Source: Tubulanus polymorphus
Taxonomy: Eukaryota > Animalia > Nemertea
Length of the DNA stretch: 64,000 bases
Assembly (NCBI RefSeq): GCF_964204645.1
Contig: NC_134029.1
Coordinates: forward strand, 18,904,950 to 18,968,949
Direction: 5' to 3'
A program made the translations under genes and the position numbers. Position 1 is the stretch's first letter, and each line of letters starts with the position of its first letter. Shown piece by piece: positions 50,273-64,000 of the stretch. The notes under the pieces were generated by a model that worked only from the letters and a program-made list of their open reading frames with translations, was not told where the DNA came from and did no database searches.

Positions 50273-53200
50273 CTGGCCAGTTGCTTTATGGTCAAGTAGT
50301 CACCAGCCGTGGATATTGCGTGTAATGAGTATTGATGATGGACTGAGCTCATTATTTGGCATTCTGATGAAGCTAATGATTTTTTCGTGGTTTATATCGC
50401 ATCACGACAGGGCTATGCTTTCCGTTAAGTTCATGCTCCGAAAAAAGGACTTGATCTAAAGACACCTTTCATTCCTTGGATGTGTGTATATAGGTCATAG
50501 GCAAGTTTTCACCGTTTGGCCTTTGCCGAATTTTCAACTTGTGCCTATGGTAAGCCTGAGTTCTTGGTTTCTGCTATTGTACAGGGGCTGATCAAGGGGT
50601 GACCTGCGAGACTTGTTCAAGTCCATGAAATCTTTCTGAGTGATCCTTATAGAATGGTCCAGAGAGTAACTTTCTGTTAGCTCTTGGTGGCACAAATTGT
50701 AACCAATAGATATACAAAACTGTTATTTTGCCATTAGGAGGGAAATAGGGGTTGTGGAATTGATATGGCAAGTTTCGTCCATCAGCTCTAAGCCGTTTGG
50801 AAGTGCTGGGAGAAAATGTGCAAAATTTTTCCCCATTCTAATAATCGATGATTGGCCTTGTTTCCTGACATCACAGGGAAAGCCCTTCAGAAGGGCATCA
50901 CTTGGAAATCCCTCTAGAGGGGCTTTCCCAGTGACATCATTATCAAGAACTGTTCTACCATTTACTTGTTAAAACCCATTACCATGTATACCATCAAAGT
51001 TGAACATGCTTACACAGTCTACGATGACTTCATCTTCATCAGCTGTTTATACGTCATTGCAAAGAACAAATCGATTTTTGAGCTCAAATCTAGAATGTAC
51101 TTAGTTTATCCTACTGGACCCATGGTCCTTTATTTCATTTTGTCAACAAACATAATTGGTGCATTTCAATGCAGGAGTGCGCCTGATATTGCCTTCTTGG
51201 ACATCAATGTGCCCTTTTTGAACTTGACAAGTTCATCAAAATCAGCCTGTCAGTGCGGAAGTACGCTTTTCGGGGCATTGAAGTGCCCTTTTGGGATGTG
51301 ACAAGTCCTTTGAAATTGGCGTCTGGATCCGACCCCGGGAAAGGGAAATGAAAAGGTGCAAAGCAAAAGAAATATGGAATGTAAGAGAGCGATTGGACAA
51401 GAGGACGATAGACAGTGTTGTAGAGGTTTTGCATGCTCCATCCAAGTGTATGCCGTGTTAAGTGGTTGGTTCGGATCTACTAAGAAAGAAAAGTGGGGCA
51501 GGTTATGATGTGTATGAAAAGAAAATCGCTTGGTAAAAATTATTTGTTCTATATTCCTCAAAATGAGCACTTAATCATATCATAGCCAGTGCCGCCTCAT
51601 AAAGTAGTTGGATGAATTGAATGAACTGATTATTTTTGGCACGCTGAATGCTTGCATGCATGCGTGCGTGAATCAATCACAAATTTATGATTTCGATGTC
51701 GAGAGAGAAATTTATGGATTCCGAATACATATTTTTTTTCCGATATTTTCCCCGTGGAATAATCAGTTGTTCAGGGATAGCGTTGTCGGGTCAGATTATA
51801 ACCGATTGCGACAGAAAACGACTGCGTGTACAGTAGTAGAGCGCAATATTGAAAAATTATCGTCGGTTCGATTGGAACCTTCCCAGTTCACCTGAATCAA
51901 TTATATCATTACTAACAGAATACCGGGTTGGTTGATAAAAAAGAGAGACACATTTCAGCGTTACAGCAATAAGAAAAAAAAGTCATGAACCTCTTCACTG
52001 GTTGGCTATAGGCTAGTTCACTAATTTCCTCACAGAGGGAGAGACATCTTCCAAAATGGCTGATGATGCTTTGTACTTCATTTCGTTATCATTTTCTTGT
52101 ACTAAATCTAATACCTCCTTGTATAATAATTCACATTTGAATTTACGCTAAAAACTTTCAAAGGGACCAAAAGGTTGTCACATCAACATGAAACGCCCCG
52201 CCCAATAACCGTGATGTGTCCTCCAAAACATCTCCAATCAATTTATATAGTTATTTAGATCTAGATATCATTATTGGTACATACTTCCATCTAGTTCAGT
52301 AGATCTGACTGTGGTGTACGGCCTATACAGTGAATATACAGCATTCATGGCAGAGATACTTGTGTAGATTGTTTCGCAGACATTTCGAGTATATTTGGCG
52401 CCCTAAAGAAATAACAAAGACTTAAACATAGTCATTGATAATGTCAATTGGCGTATACTAGGTATCACCGCATCTTAGCAAACAGGATATTACTTATTGG
52501 TGTAACATGTTCAAAGATATCTATTTTTGATGAAATTTTCTAACCAGTGATACGATATGGATCATTTTCAATCAATTTTGGCTAATGTCAACGATAAGTT
52601 ATGATAAGTTAATTCAGAAAAATTTGTTTGAACGATTGGATAAAAATCTTGACTAAGGGGCCGCCGTTCGGTGTAGTGTCGAAGGTTGATATTGCATAGT
52701 TGTAACTTAGCTTTTTGCATTGCTTGTTAAGGTTTTAAAATAGTATTGAATAGCTAAGCCTGTTGTTCTAACTTCCGATATACAGTCATACCATCCTCCT
52801 TACCTGAGTCGGTCCCATATTTTTGACTTGACTAGGCCTAGCTCATTTTCGCCAACTCCTTAAGTCCAAAATAACCAACCAAATGAAGACAATACTTGAT
52901 ATGATAAATCCATATTGAGGCTTATGTGTGTGTGGAATCAGGGCCCCTGATGTGGTAAGTTGATAGATTTTTCATCCAATTACGTATATTGGTCTTTTCG
53001 GAATGGCGACGTTAAAAGCCTCGGCTATGGTCAAAACTGAGCAATTCGGCTCAAAATGTCAGATGTTTTACCAGTTATCGGATGGATTTGTATGCAGATG
53101 AAAATGGCGGCGCGAGCCGATCGGATGTAAATGCAATTTGTCACTGTCACTCGGCGGTATCGGTGGAAAAGAAAAACGAATATTTTTTCTGTCACGGAAC

Positions 53201-55189
53201 GAAACGAAGTTCGTCGAACGGAAACGTCATCCGCAGCGGAAGAACAATCGCGTATCGGATTCGCTGAGTGAAAACAGAGAAAAACTGATCGCGTCGCGTC
53301 GTAAAAGAAAAACGTGTATTTATCAGGGATCCCAGGGTTCTGGGGATCAGAGGAAATTTGCTGTTTTGTCCATGATTTCGGGATCCCCACGGTCGATGTA
53401 GATTTGATGTAAAGATAAAGGGGGTAGGGCGAGCTCTTCGAATTTGATATTACAGCATCGTCATTCTTAGCAATGATGGCTTCAGAATGATGAAGTGCTG
53501 CTATCAATAGTGCGATCATTGTTCTAAAAGATCAATATTGCAATATATATAATCAATATATAGAAGGTGAGGTGAAAGCAGAGAGTGGAGCCGTACATGT
53601 GTTTAGACAGGCAACCAGTCTAGACTCTAAATTCGACAGGCGACCAGTCCATTATAGCTGATAGCACAGTCGTTCTACACTATTCTTCCATTTTACTCTC
53701 TATTTCACGGAATTCACCGGATTGACAGCTGGACGGCGATAATAGAGTCGGCCCCTAGTGTTCTCATTCAACGTCGATGGGATTCAAACCATCTCATTTT
53801 CTGACTCGCAAGACTACCGCGAGAATCAAGATGGCAGCCCCGTGGCGTGACATGTTAGATGAAAAAGCCAGTAATACACTCTATATTCATGGAAAAGAAC
53901 TCTCTTGGATGGAAAAAATCCAAAAATTGTCTAGCTTCGAGGGGTCCTTGAACTCCGATCACACGACCATTTTTGGCCCGAGACAACACGGGTGCCAAAT
54001 GGAGCCTGTTTGGCCCAGGCCAAATTTGACTCGGGCCTGATCCGTACTTATTTGGCCCCGACCAAATCATCTCCATGTGATTGCGGCTTATATTTTAATC
54101 ATGATCATGAGGAAGTTTGAGGAAGTTTAAAGAAGTTTAAAATTCTGATGTGAATTGGTGCGTTCATTACGATTTCGTGAGTGTCTCAAAAAGCATTTCA
54201 CTCATTTCAGGCCCGCATTCTCTTATGAAAATTAGCAGCTAATAGCAGACGTGAGACATCGGCTAATCAAGACGATAACGGCTTTTTGTGTTTGTGTTTC
54301 GAATAACTCGGCTAGTTGCGGGTTGTTACGAATGCTACCGCCGCAATTTCCAACCGCACAACGAGATGATTGGTATATTTTACTATATTTACTGTATTTT
54401 ACTATAAGATTTTTCGTATTCTCGTGTGGTGTAGGCTGTGATTAGCGCAAACAACGTGTTCATCTTCGAGAGATTGTTCGTCATTCTATGAATGATAACT
54501 CTGATGAGCGCAAGACGACTTTAAGATGTATACAAAAACCAATGCCTCGATCAATTTTATCAGTACACAGGGTTATATAATTAGACACTTCAGGCAATAA
54601 CTAGCTATTAGCTACTATTAAATCCAGGACTCTTTGCGTGTCGCTGACTTAAGATCCCAAATATCTAAGAAAACCCCAAATATCTAAGACTCAGCTCCTA
54701 AGCCGCTTTCACATGGAAATGTTTTTTTACCCAGGTCACACTGTGGCCGCACCAGGCCTGAATCATATCTGACCTGGTGCTATCTAGATGCTATCAAAAT
54801 GATGATGTGGCAAGGTGAGTCCCTTCCAGATCCAGAGAGCATTCATAGGCCAAATTGGGCCCCGTGTCAAACAGGTACCAATATGAACGGTCGACCTGGG
54901 CCTAATCTTGCGCTAGCCAAATTAAGCCCGGGTCAAAAAATTCATATCGGTAGTCGTTTATGGTGTTGGCGTAATGAGCATCTGGTCTTCATATCTAAGT
55001 GAAGAATGTGCACTGCCTCGTTGCGGGTAGATAGGAGAAAAGTTACATCTAATACGTACGGGCAAAAATACATAGTAGAGTATATGTGTATTCCTATGTA
55101 TTTTTGGTATGAGAGACGTAATGTTCAACATTCTAATGAACAATACGTAGAGAAAATGTTTGAGACAGAACTGGAAAAAAATCCAGACG

Positions 55190-55244
55190 TCATCATTAGG
55201 CGACTCCCATCATTAGGCGACTCCCATCATTAGGCGAGTCCATC
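55190..55244. repeat. 17-bp tandem repeat (CATCATTAGGCGACTCC) x3
   Basis: Direct reading. Confidence 0.9.
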
Positions 55245-55985
55245 GAAAGGTCATGTTGTCACGTTAATGGAATTTATTTGAATAAATGCCAGAAAAATGG
55301 TGACATTTCAAGATGTCATGCATAGTTTAACAGTGCATTACTAGCTTTTGTATGATACATTGAGTATGTACATATGCAAATATATATAATATATATAATG
55401 GTATATTAATGGTTTTTATATGATAAATGTAAACTTGGGGGCAATGACATATCACGTATGCTTAATGAGAATGTATCTATGATGGAAAAAAGTCATTAAA
55501 AACATTCATAGGCCGTTTGCAGCTGAACTTTTTAGATCGTTCGATTATTATGTCGAATAATTGCTGGTAATTCGGTTGATTTTTTTTTTTTCATTTCGTT
55601 CTTTATAACAATCGATATTCTAGTACGGGTCCCCGGAAAAAGGATGGAGAAAAAAAACTAGGGCAAATGGTTTTATCATTGAGTGTAGTAGAAGTAGTCG
55701 TAGTAGTAGTAGTTTGGGTTCAAGCTGCGTATAGTATCACTCGGTTGGAATGTGCGCTTAAATCTGGTAGCAGTTAAAACTTCCTTTGCTTCTGTATTCT
55801 TAGTTTCCGGTTACGTTGTTTCTGGTCATCGTTGTTAGCCTTTTATTGCGGGCACAAAAATAATAGGAGTACATGGATATCGTTGTCGTTGTCGCGGAGG
55901 ACGGGGATGCATCGCCCACCGCTGAATTTCAGCACACTATTAAAGAATTTTGGAACAGTAAGTTTTAAATTTACTCGAATAGTTT

Positions 55986-56180
55986 GGGAGCGGTGTGGCT
56001 GAGTGGATACAGCCATCGGCTCTGAGAAGCCAGGTCCCCCCTCTCCCACGTAGTGTCCTCAGGCACTAATTCCGATTGCCTTTTCCACTCAGGAGCAAAC
56101 GGGTATCTGGCTATGTTACTTCATTTAGACACACTCGACTGCTGCCTATGGAACCAGCTGAGCTGATAACTAACGCTGTT
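55986..56180 (+). mobile_element. tRNA-derived SINE
   Basis: GGGAGCGGTGTGGCTGAGTGG (A box) head, B box missing, central GTGTCCT...TTGCCTTTTCCACTCAGGAGCAAACGGGTATCTG domain; similar to 32478-32660. Confidence 0.6.
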
Positions 56181-57591
56181 TTTCCAGGGGCGGATCCAGC
56201 CCACCGTTACTATGGCTTGAGAGGCACTCATCATAGTATAAGTGCCCTTCTGTTTTTCAAATTCCGGTGGAAGCAATTGAAATGATCAATTCGAATAATC
56301 GAAATAATCGAAAATGGGTGACTTCTCATTTTTTGTGAATGATTTTTCTTAATGGGTCAAAATGCCGTATTTTGTAGATGCAGAGAAGGATTTGAGAGCC
56401 CAAAATTGTCTCCGATTGCATTTCGTAGCCCTTTAAGTTCAAAATTTTCCAAGACATAGGTGCCCTGCCACAGCTGAGCAGTACTCAGAAACCTAGGCTA
56501 GATCCGCCCCAGTTTTCCGTTTTAAATTTTTGCTGGCTTGAAATATACTGAATCAATTTCTTTAAAGACATGATTTAGCAAAACATTTCCTTTCATATTT
56601 CGAGTTTCCCCTTGTTACTGACTGCCCTGTAGAGGTTCGTCTTGATCTGGGCGTTGAGAAGGACAACAGTATTTTCGGCTAGTTTTTCCGCAGAAATACA
56701 ATTCGTCAGTAAAGACTTACTCATTCCTGATCATTTCCTGGTAAATTAGACACAAAGGAGAAATGAAAGGCGAAAGATAGATTAATACTCTCTCAATTTC
56801 CGTAGTGTATGATATTCGATATTAGCCGCGATATTCACATTTCGCCGTTTGACTTTTGCAGCGGTGATAGATTCAATCGATGTAAAAGGTTTTCGTCAAA
56901 AAAAAACTTCACCTCATTTTCATTTCCTCGATTAATCGATCCGTCATGAACTATCCATATTTATCCGTCCGCTACTGATCGCTGACATTTCGTCCTTTGA
57001 GCGATGACCTTTCTTCGTCCTTCAGATCGATCTGTTTGGAAATAACCTTGTTTATACTAGCAAGCAGATGATTTGGCTCGGGTTAAACTGGCCCAGATCG
57101 GACCCTATAGTAAAATTCGGTGCGCGCTTGATTAGGGCATATTCACAAATCGTTAAAACTCTTACTACAATTCTTTCAAAAATGATGCTTTGGAAAGCGA
57201 GGTGAGTTACTTCCAGAACCGGTTACCATCCACATGGATTAATTTGACCCATGTCCGAACCAACTTTTCCCGTGTCAAATAGGCACGGACTCATTCGGCA
57301 CCGGTATGAATGAATGTTTGGCCCGCGCTGAATCTGGGCCAAATTCACTCTTTTCGATTGCGGTTTATATTACTGTCCTCGAACTAGGCAACGATCTTGG
57401 ATCCCAGCCGCTTATGGATAATCAGTGTTGTCAGCCTCGTTCATCCTTGAAGTCGAATTGCTCGGAAATTAACTCGCTGAAATGTGTCGTCCTAGAACTA
57501 GTTATTGTTCTGGGATCTTCGCCGCTTGTGTAGATATCAGTCAAGCATCTCTTATAGAACAGAAAGTAGAACGAAAGCAACTGTTGGGTAA

Positions 57592-58004
57592 AGCTAGGGA
57601 CACACGAGCGTATTTTTTCGCGCGATCGCGACGATTAAATTCGCCAGCGAATTCGCCGACGAAATTATACGCCCGATATGAGCGGGCACACATAGCGATC
57701 AAACCGAAATTCGGTCAGCGACTGGCACTAAGAGGGAGAGAGTTAACGAATGACATGATATCAACAATGCAGCCTATTGGTTGATAAAAATGGATCGCTC
57801 GGCGAAATTCGCCGAGTGCGGGGAGACGAGCGAATTTGCGGGCGATCCGATCGCCGGCGTAAATAATCGGCCGAAAATATCAAACATCGATCGAGTCGGC
57901 CGACGAAATCGTCGTCGCCGTAAGTGGCCACACGAGCAAATTTTTCGGGCGATTTATAAATTCGCCGCGATCGGGCGAAAAAATACGCTCGTGTGCCCCT
58001 ACCT
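57592..58004. mobile_element. PIF/Harbinger-type MITE family D, copy 2, TAA TSD
   Basis: TAA|AGCTAGGGACACACGAGCG ... CGCTCGTGTGCCCCTACCT|TAA. Confidence 0.85.
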
Positions 58005-61000
58005 TAAGGCATGTTCCACTATGCAGCAACAAGTATGCTGCTGTAGAATTCACCTAGTGTACGGGTCAGAATTTCAAGCGTATTTGTCACTTGCGTCGTT
58101 GACCATAAACAGCAACAAAAATGATTGAGTGTGCGCATAATTCAGCTGCTGGAAAGAATGCTGGATTGGCGTACTTGTTGCTCTTGGGACAAAGATATCA
58201 AACATGTTGGATATCATGTCAACAACGCAAGCAACAATTGCGCTTGAACAATTTACCCACAAACTAGTCGAATTCTCGCCCAGTGTCTATAGCCGCGATC
58301 GCACCAACATTTTTGGCCGGCGCCAAATTTGCCCCTGAACAACTGATCACACGTGCCTGTTTGGCCCTACCGAAATCGTTGGACCAGGCCCAAGCCAAAA
58401 TTTCATCACGGGTCAAATTATATGCAACTGGTTCCGGAAGTGACTCACTTGTTTAGTATTGAGCGAGTGGTTTACCTGTGAGTACGCTCTCTAATTAGGC
58501 ACAGGCCAAATTTGACTCGACCCTGGTCCGTGCCAATCATCTCCGTTTTGATGCGGCGTCACTAATTTGCTGCAGGCACCACTTTAGCGGAGAGTTGAAT
58601 AAAGACTAGGCTAATTCGAGTTTAATCATCGCGAATGTTGAGTAAATTTTCTGACCCCAGGTCTGGACTCTTTGTCGTCGGTTCCTAGTGATTGATTGAG
58701 TTTCAGATTCAGCCCTACTATTAATCTAACGCCAGTATTCAGTACTGTATAATGCAAAAACTAATTTTCAATGCATTCTCACTAATGTATCAGCAATCAA
58801 ATGTATAAATGGCTGCCTTTTCAATGTGCAGAGATGATTTTTTTCACGCCGCGAACGCCTACAGAAGGCTTTCATTCATTGTTACAGAACAAGTCACGAG
58901 CACAACGAAAACAGTTATTCACGGATAAAATTCGAAGTGAATTTTATGACTTCGAGCAGAAGTCTTAATAAATCATGACAACATCGTCGTCGTAGTCGTC
59001 GCGTGTCGATGATTATTAGTTTTTCACCGGGTAATTTCGGCGTATTACAGCTTCGTGGACATTGCGTTTTGAATATTGTAGATAGTGTTTTTCGACGTCG
59101 TTTACGAGAGAGAGAGAGAGAGAACGCGCGCGCGAGATATCTATTAACCCTTTCTCTCGATGAAACTAGGGAGAGAATTCGCGCATGTAGATCCACAGGC
59201 CTTTTTGACGGATTTAGCAGTAGAAAGTGGAACTTTATATTTTGAACCCATTTTCAGCTTATGGCTAAATAGCATCATCACGGTGGTTGCTTACCTGAAA
59301 ATTGAGGAAAAGTCGGGGAATTTTACATTTACTTTAAAAAAGTCTGGGAATCTGGTAAAGCTTAAAATCAGGTAAAAGTCAGGGAAATGTGTTGACATCA
59401 CTGAATGGCCTTAAATCCAATAGTTTCTGTCTATATATTACTTATTATTTGACTGTTAATTCATTGGATTGGATTCCTAGTGGATTATTTCAGGGAAAAC
59501 AAGGAGGGGTGGTAGGGGGAAGGGTATAGCAAGTCAAATAAAGTGGCCACCCTGAGCTTGCATGCATATTGAATTACTGATGTTTGTATCTGAAAATTGC
59601 TAACAAACAAATACCAAACGTTGATACTTATACGCCGAGTTTTTGATATTCTTACGTTTTTTCTTATAGATTATTATTCGTAGTATGAAGGAAATGATTA
59701 TTCTACGAATTCATGAATATTTTCCGAGACGTAGGTTGCAAACTGCGAGGTGTACGCGTGTTTGTGTTCCCATTCCGAAACCGACCCAGAATGGTTGCGG
59801 TTGTCTCTGAATGTTTCCGCCGATTTGCGGAATGCTTAGTTGATATCATCGGTGTTAACTGTGAAAAAAAATGAATTAACTGGATACGTCTCGGTGACTA
59901 GTCGCTGCCGGAGGCTGTTACAATTTTACACTATCTCTCACCAGCGAAATGATTTAGAATATCATCAAAGCCGGCATCTTCATGTGGCAATTTCATCATT
60001 GACTGATACTTTAGATCATTAACATCGGACGTTCTTTGATTTCTGCCGAATTAAGAGTCGCTACTTAAGTTCTTGTCATTAAATAGATCAAACGTTCTAT
60101 AATGGATGGCGATTTTTTTTCTTCTTAGCTGTAGCAACCTTCGACGATTTATAGAGTTGATAGAGTTATAGAGTCGATTTATTTCTCGTTGACGGCTGGT
60201 AACTATTGTGACAATACCAGCTGCGTCTTACCAATAAAGACTTCTTGTCCTAGATCCCGGTTGCAATGGAGGTTGTTGTTCCACAGTTCAGCGATCACAT
60301 GGGCATGGATTGGGCCCCGATTCAAATTTGGTGCGTGGCTAATTAGATAGAAACCACTCACTTATACTAAACAATGCTTAAACAAAACAAAGTTAGTCAC
60401 TACAGGAACCAGTTGCATGCGGTTCACCGGCAATAATTTGACGCATCCTAAAATTTGGCTTGGGCCTGGTCCAACGTGCTTGTCATTTGGTACCTCAGTA
60501 GCTACGCATAAAGCGACTCCGAGCAATCGATGAGACATTTTCCGTTGCCCAATATCAAACATGTTTTGGTATTGGGCGACTATGAGCAAATCGATCAGAT
60601 GACAAACAATTCTCCTGTCCTCGCAATAAGACTTTAGAGATTTTTCCTTCAACCATCACCAGCTTTTGCGATTGTTGCTCGTGGATTGCTTGAAAAAGTT
60701 ATGCATCTACCTGAAGCTTTCTAGGCGAAACATCTGAAATTTGCTATGGTGATGCTTGCTGAGTTGAACGATGAATATTTTGACTGCCATTTTCAGTCAT
60801 TTTGACAGCAGATTATACATCTAGAGTAAGGTCATTAACATATATAGGAAACAATTCGCGGATAATGGACGGGGGAAATTTTTTAAATTTTACGTGACAC
60901 ATAAATGGTGAAGGAATTTTTATGTTTTCATAATATTCTACCGCCTAAAGATAAACTGACTTTTCATACTTTTTTAGTAACGATACATATACGTGCGTTA

Positions 61001-64000
61001 TCACTATGAAATTTACAGCAGCAGTGACCTGGGAATTCGAAGCGCGTAATTATTCGCGGCGATATGATCACGAATCGCTGTGTTTGCCCAAACGAGTGTA
61101 GACCATCCCTCGGCGCTTGTAATATCTGGCGTTTCGCCGCGTATCACCATTTTGTCGAAATAATAATATCCGATTCCCGCTGCGACTGGAACCTATGGTT
61201 AAGAGCTTGACGGTGTTTCCGCATGCGTGTCGGGCCTAATAACGTCGCGGTGCCGTCGCTGGCTTTATCGGCGAAAAGAAATTGATTATTTTCATGCGTT
61301 CATTTCTTTCGGACGGACGTACGGTGAGCAATTAACGAGAACATTAGCTGCGTTGATTTCGCTTTGATTCGTACGGGAAGTTGGGAAGTGGTCGTCGGAG
61401 ATGGTGCTTGTTAGTCTTATTGCGTACGCCAAATATCAGATTCCTCCGCTTAATTTACGTATTACCTCTGCTACATTTGCGCTGCGTGCGGTTTCCCGGC
61501 GGTGTTTCCTGCGCAGGCTTTCAAATCGTCATTAAAGGACAGTTCGAAACATCTTCATCATCGCGGTTAGATTGCGTTGACCGCTGTGGCGCGACTGATA
61601 CGTACAGCTAGACGTAATTCGAGAGTGTTTTTCCATTGAATTTATTATTCATAGCGACTGATGGCTGTTGTTCAGAAACATGTAGCTTCTAGCTTTCAGT
61701 ATTCAATTAAGCTTGATACAGCTTCGTTGATTATATACTCTACTTCTACGGTAAATGTGGGGCATGCTGTAGATTGAAAAAGGGCATATCCAACGAAGCA
61801 TGTATCGAAACGGAATTGAGATATTAATCTTCCATAAACGGCGAGGTGAACTAGTATTGGCTTTCGATGGTGTCTGAAACAACTCGATACTTAACAATTA
61901 ATGATTCCCATCAATTTCAGAGCTAGACCGGCAAGTTCAATTCAATTTCAGAAATATATTAAAATTCATAGTAAAACATTATTAATCCAATAATTATATA
62001 CCAACTTGAAACATATTGGCCCAGATCAGTGTGGAAACACTGTGGGCAATTGTTGGGTTATTGGAGTTAGTCGACACATTTGCTATGTCAAACCTGTCAG
62101 TTAGTCGGAACTATAGTCCAAAAAACAGTGAAATGAGCACAGTCGCTGTAGTTCGGACCTAGTTCCAAGATGGCACACAACAAGAAATGTGTTAAGACCG
62201 AAATATAGTGCGTTCGGTCATTAGCTCCAGCCACTAGTCGACTAACTATGGAAACCTAAGTACGCCCAGCCCAACAGTTGTAACAACAATACAGCGAAAT
62301 ACCACGATTAAAAAAAGAACATTTTTTTTAAAAAGTCCGAAAGGTTTTTTTTTGTAATAAACTACAGCTTAGGAAACCTTACAGATTTGTGTTTTCTTTT
62401 CGTTTATGTGGGATAGTTCTATAGCGCCTACTGGTTATTTGATTTGCACAGTCACAATCGCTGTCTGTAGAGGTGTAGTTATGGAGACTTGCCATATAAT
62501 ATACAATGAAAGATGCTCAACAGTCAGTAGGCTTCGTTTGGCGAACATTGTATTTTCTGGTTCTCGGGCCTCTGTTATGAGACCCTATTTTCGTATTGTC
62601 TGTCTGTGTCTCTGGGTTACAATGTCAGTATGGGGGTCTAGTTGTGTAGTGCAAAGAATGTGCCCAGTGCACCTCCTAAAAGTGGGGGTGAACTGTGGTT
62701 TCTAGTGGCAGAACTAGGCACTAATAACTGTTTTCAGCAACTTGCCCTTGGAGATCACCTCATAACTGAGGAAATGGTCGAAATTCAAATAGGTATCTTG
62801 ACAAAATTTAGCTATTCACCCTAGATACAACATATCCAAAATGCAATGATAACTAACGCATGGGAACTTCGGGTTTGCCTCATACATATATTGAGCCTGA
62901 GCCTGAGAACCATTGTTGGCCATTGTCGCCTATAGCTTGTTGTAATTTCCTATGCAAATGAACTGAATTTGAATTTGAATTTGAGGGTATGTCATGTTAT
63001 GTTAATCTCGCATTGTAATCACCGGCTAGACATGATAAAAAGGGCAGAATTCCAATGGATCTACATAGAAAGGTCCGCGGAATATCTCTTAAGTTCCATT
63101 GCAGACTGCGTCGCCGGCTTTCAGCGACATTACGATTTCTGGCTCGTCGCGTTCCGTCATCGACACGCACGCCTTTACCGTGTTTCACTTCCTCTTCATT
63201 CCTTTCCCCGTTACTTGAACGGACGTGCGAGATGAAGCCTCCTCGACTGCCGCGTGTCTCGCTTCCTTCGCCGAAACAAATTCGAATCGATTAATTTTCT
63301 CGCGGCCAGTATTCCAATATCGTCGTCGTCGTCGGTGTTGTTGAGATTTCGTTTTTTTTTTTGTGCACCTTTGACATTTTTCGAAAATGATGTACGATTT
63401 TCATCGGTGACGACGACATAAGAATGATGCATCATCGGCGTCATCGTCGTCGTCATCTCATCGTCGTCTCATCATCGTCGCGGATTACAAAATGTAATCA
63501 GGTGACGCGTTAATTACCGATGACATCTGAATCTATTTTTCACCTTCACGCCCGATATTCGTATCCAACGACGCTTCGTGTCGGGTATTAATTCGCCTGG
63601 ATTAAAATCTACGTGAAGTGAAATTGTGATCACTGCATCTTTTTGAACGCTTTAGAAAGGTTGATTAGCACGAGTGTTGTTGGCCCGGCCAACGGTTCGT
63701 TCAGACGGTTGCCAAATGGACCCGGGCAAAATTTTTAGCAAGGGACAAATGATCGCGTTTGAATTGCATGCACCTGCTACCAGAAATGACTCTGAGTGAG
63801 GGTGGTTTATGCGTGAACGTGCTCTCTAATTTGGCACGGGCCAAATTTGACTGGTCCTGATTCAGGGGAGGGGGGCAAATCATCTCTCAGTGTGAGGCTT
63901 TTATCACTTGGATTTCGTATAGAATTAATTTCAATTCATTTCAATAAAATCTATACATTATTGGACAATACAATAAATGAAAGAAAACAACATTATCAAA

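Overview
Eukaryotic (animal, probably invertebrate) genomic DNA: AT-rich, without obvious CpG depletion, and mostly intronic. One large + strand protein-coding gene crosses the window and is incomplete at its 3' end. Its start exon (ATG 24335, MTASFEDSYREIDRYLQEAQ) splices in phase 0 to a giant 4,380-bp exon (33672-38051, 1,460 codons of Ser/Asp/Lys-rich, probably disordered sequence) and then to a 37-bp exon (43164-43200). An alternative first coding exon (42995-43075) would give a short isoform that lacks the giant exon. I cannot assign the gene family because no folded domain is visible here. The introns are packed with non-autonomous mobile elements: piggyBac-type TTAA MITEs, several PIF/Harbinger-type MITE families, hAT-like and Tigger-like MITEs, DINE-1/Helentron-like elements, tRNA-derived SINEs and LINE 3' remnants. 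The most notable structures are a perfect 166-bp-arm palindrome with a 13-bp target duplication and hammerhead-ribozyme-like cores (Penelope-like insertion, 7839-8224), an apparently identical 2,510-bp tandem duplication (45253-50272), and a Helentron-like element carrying a tandem array of CTCF-like motifs. All calls were made by eye, with no database searches, and repeat boundaries are approximate unless stated otherwise.
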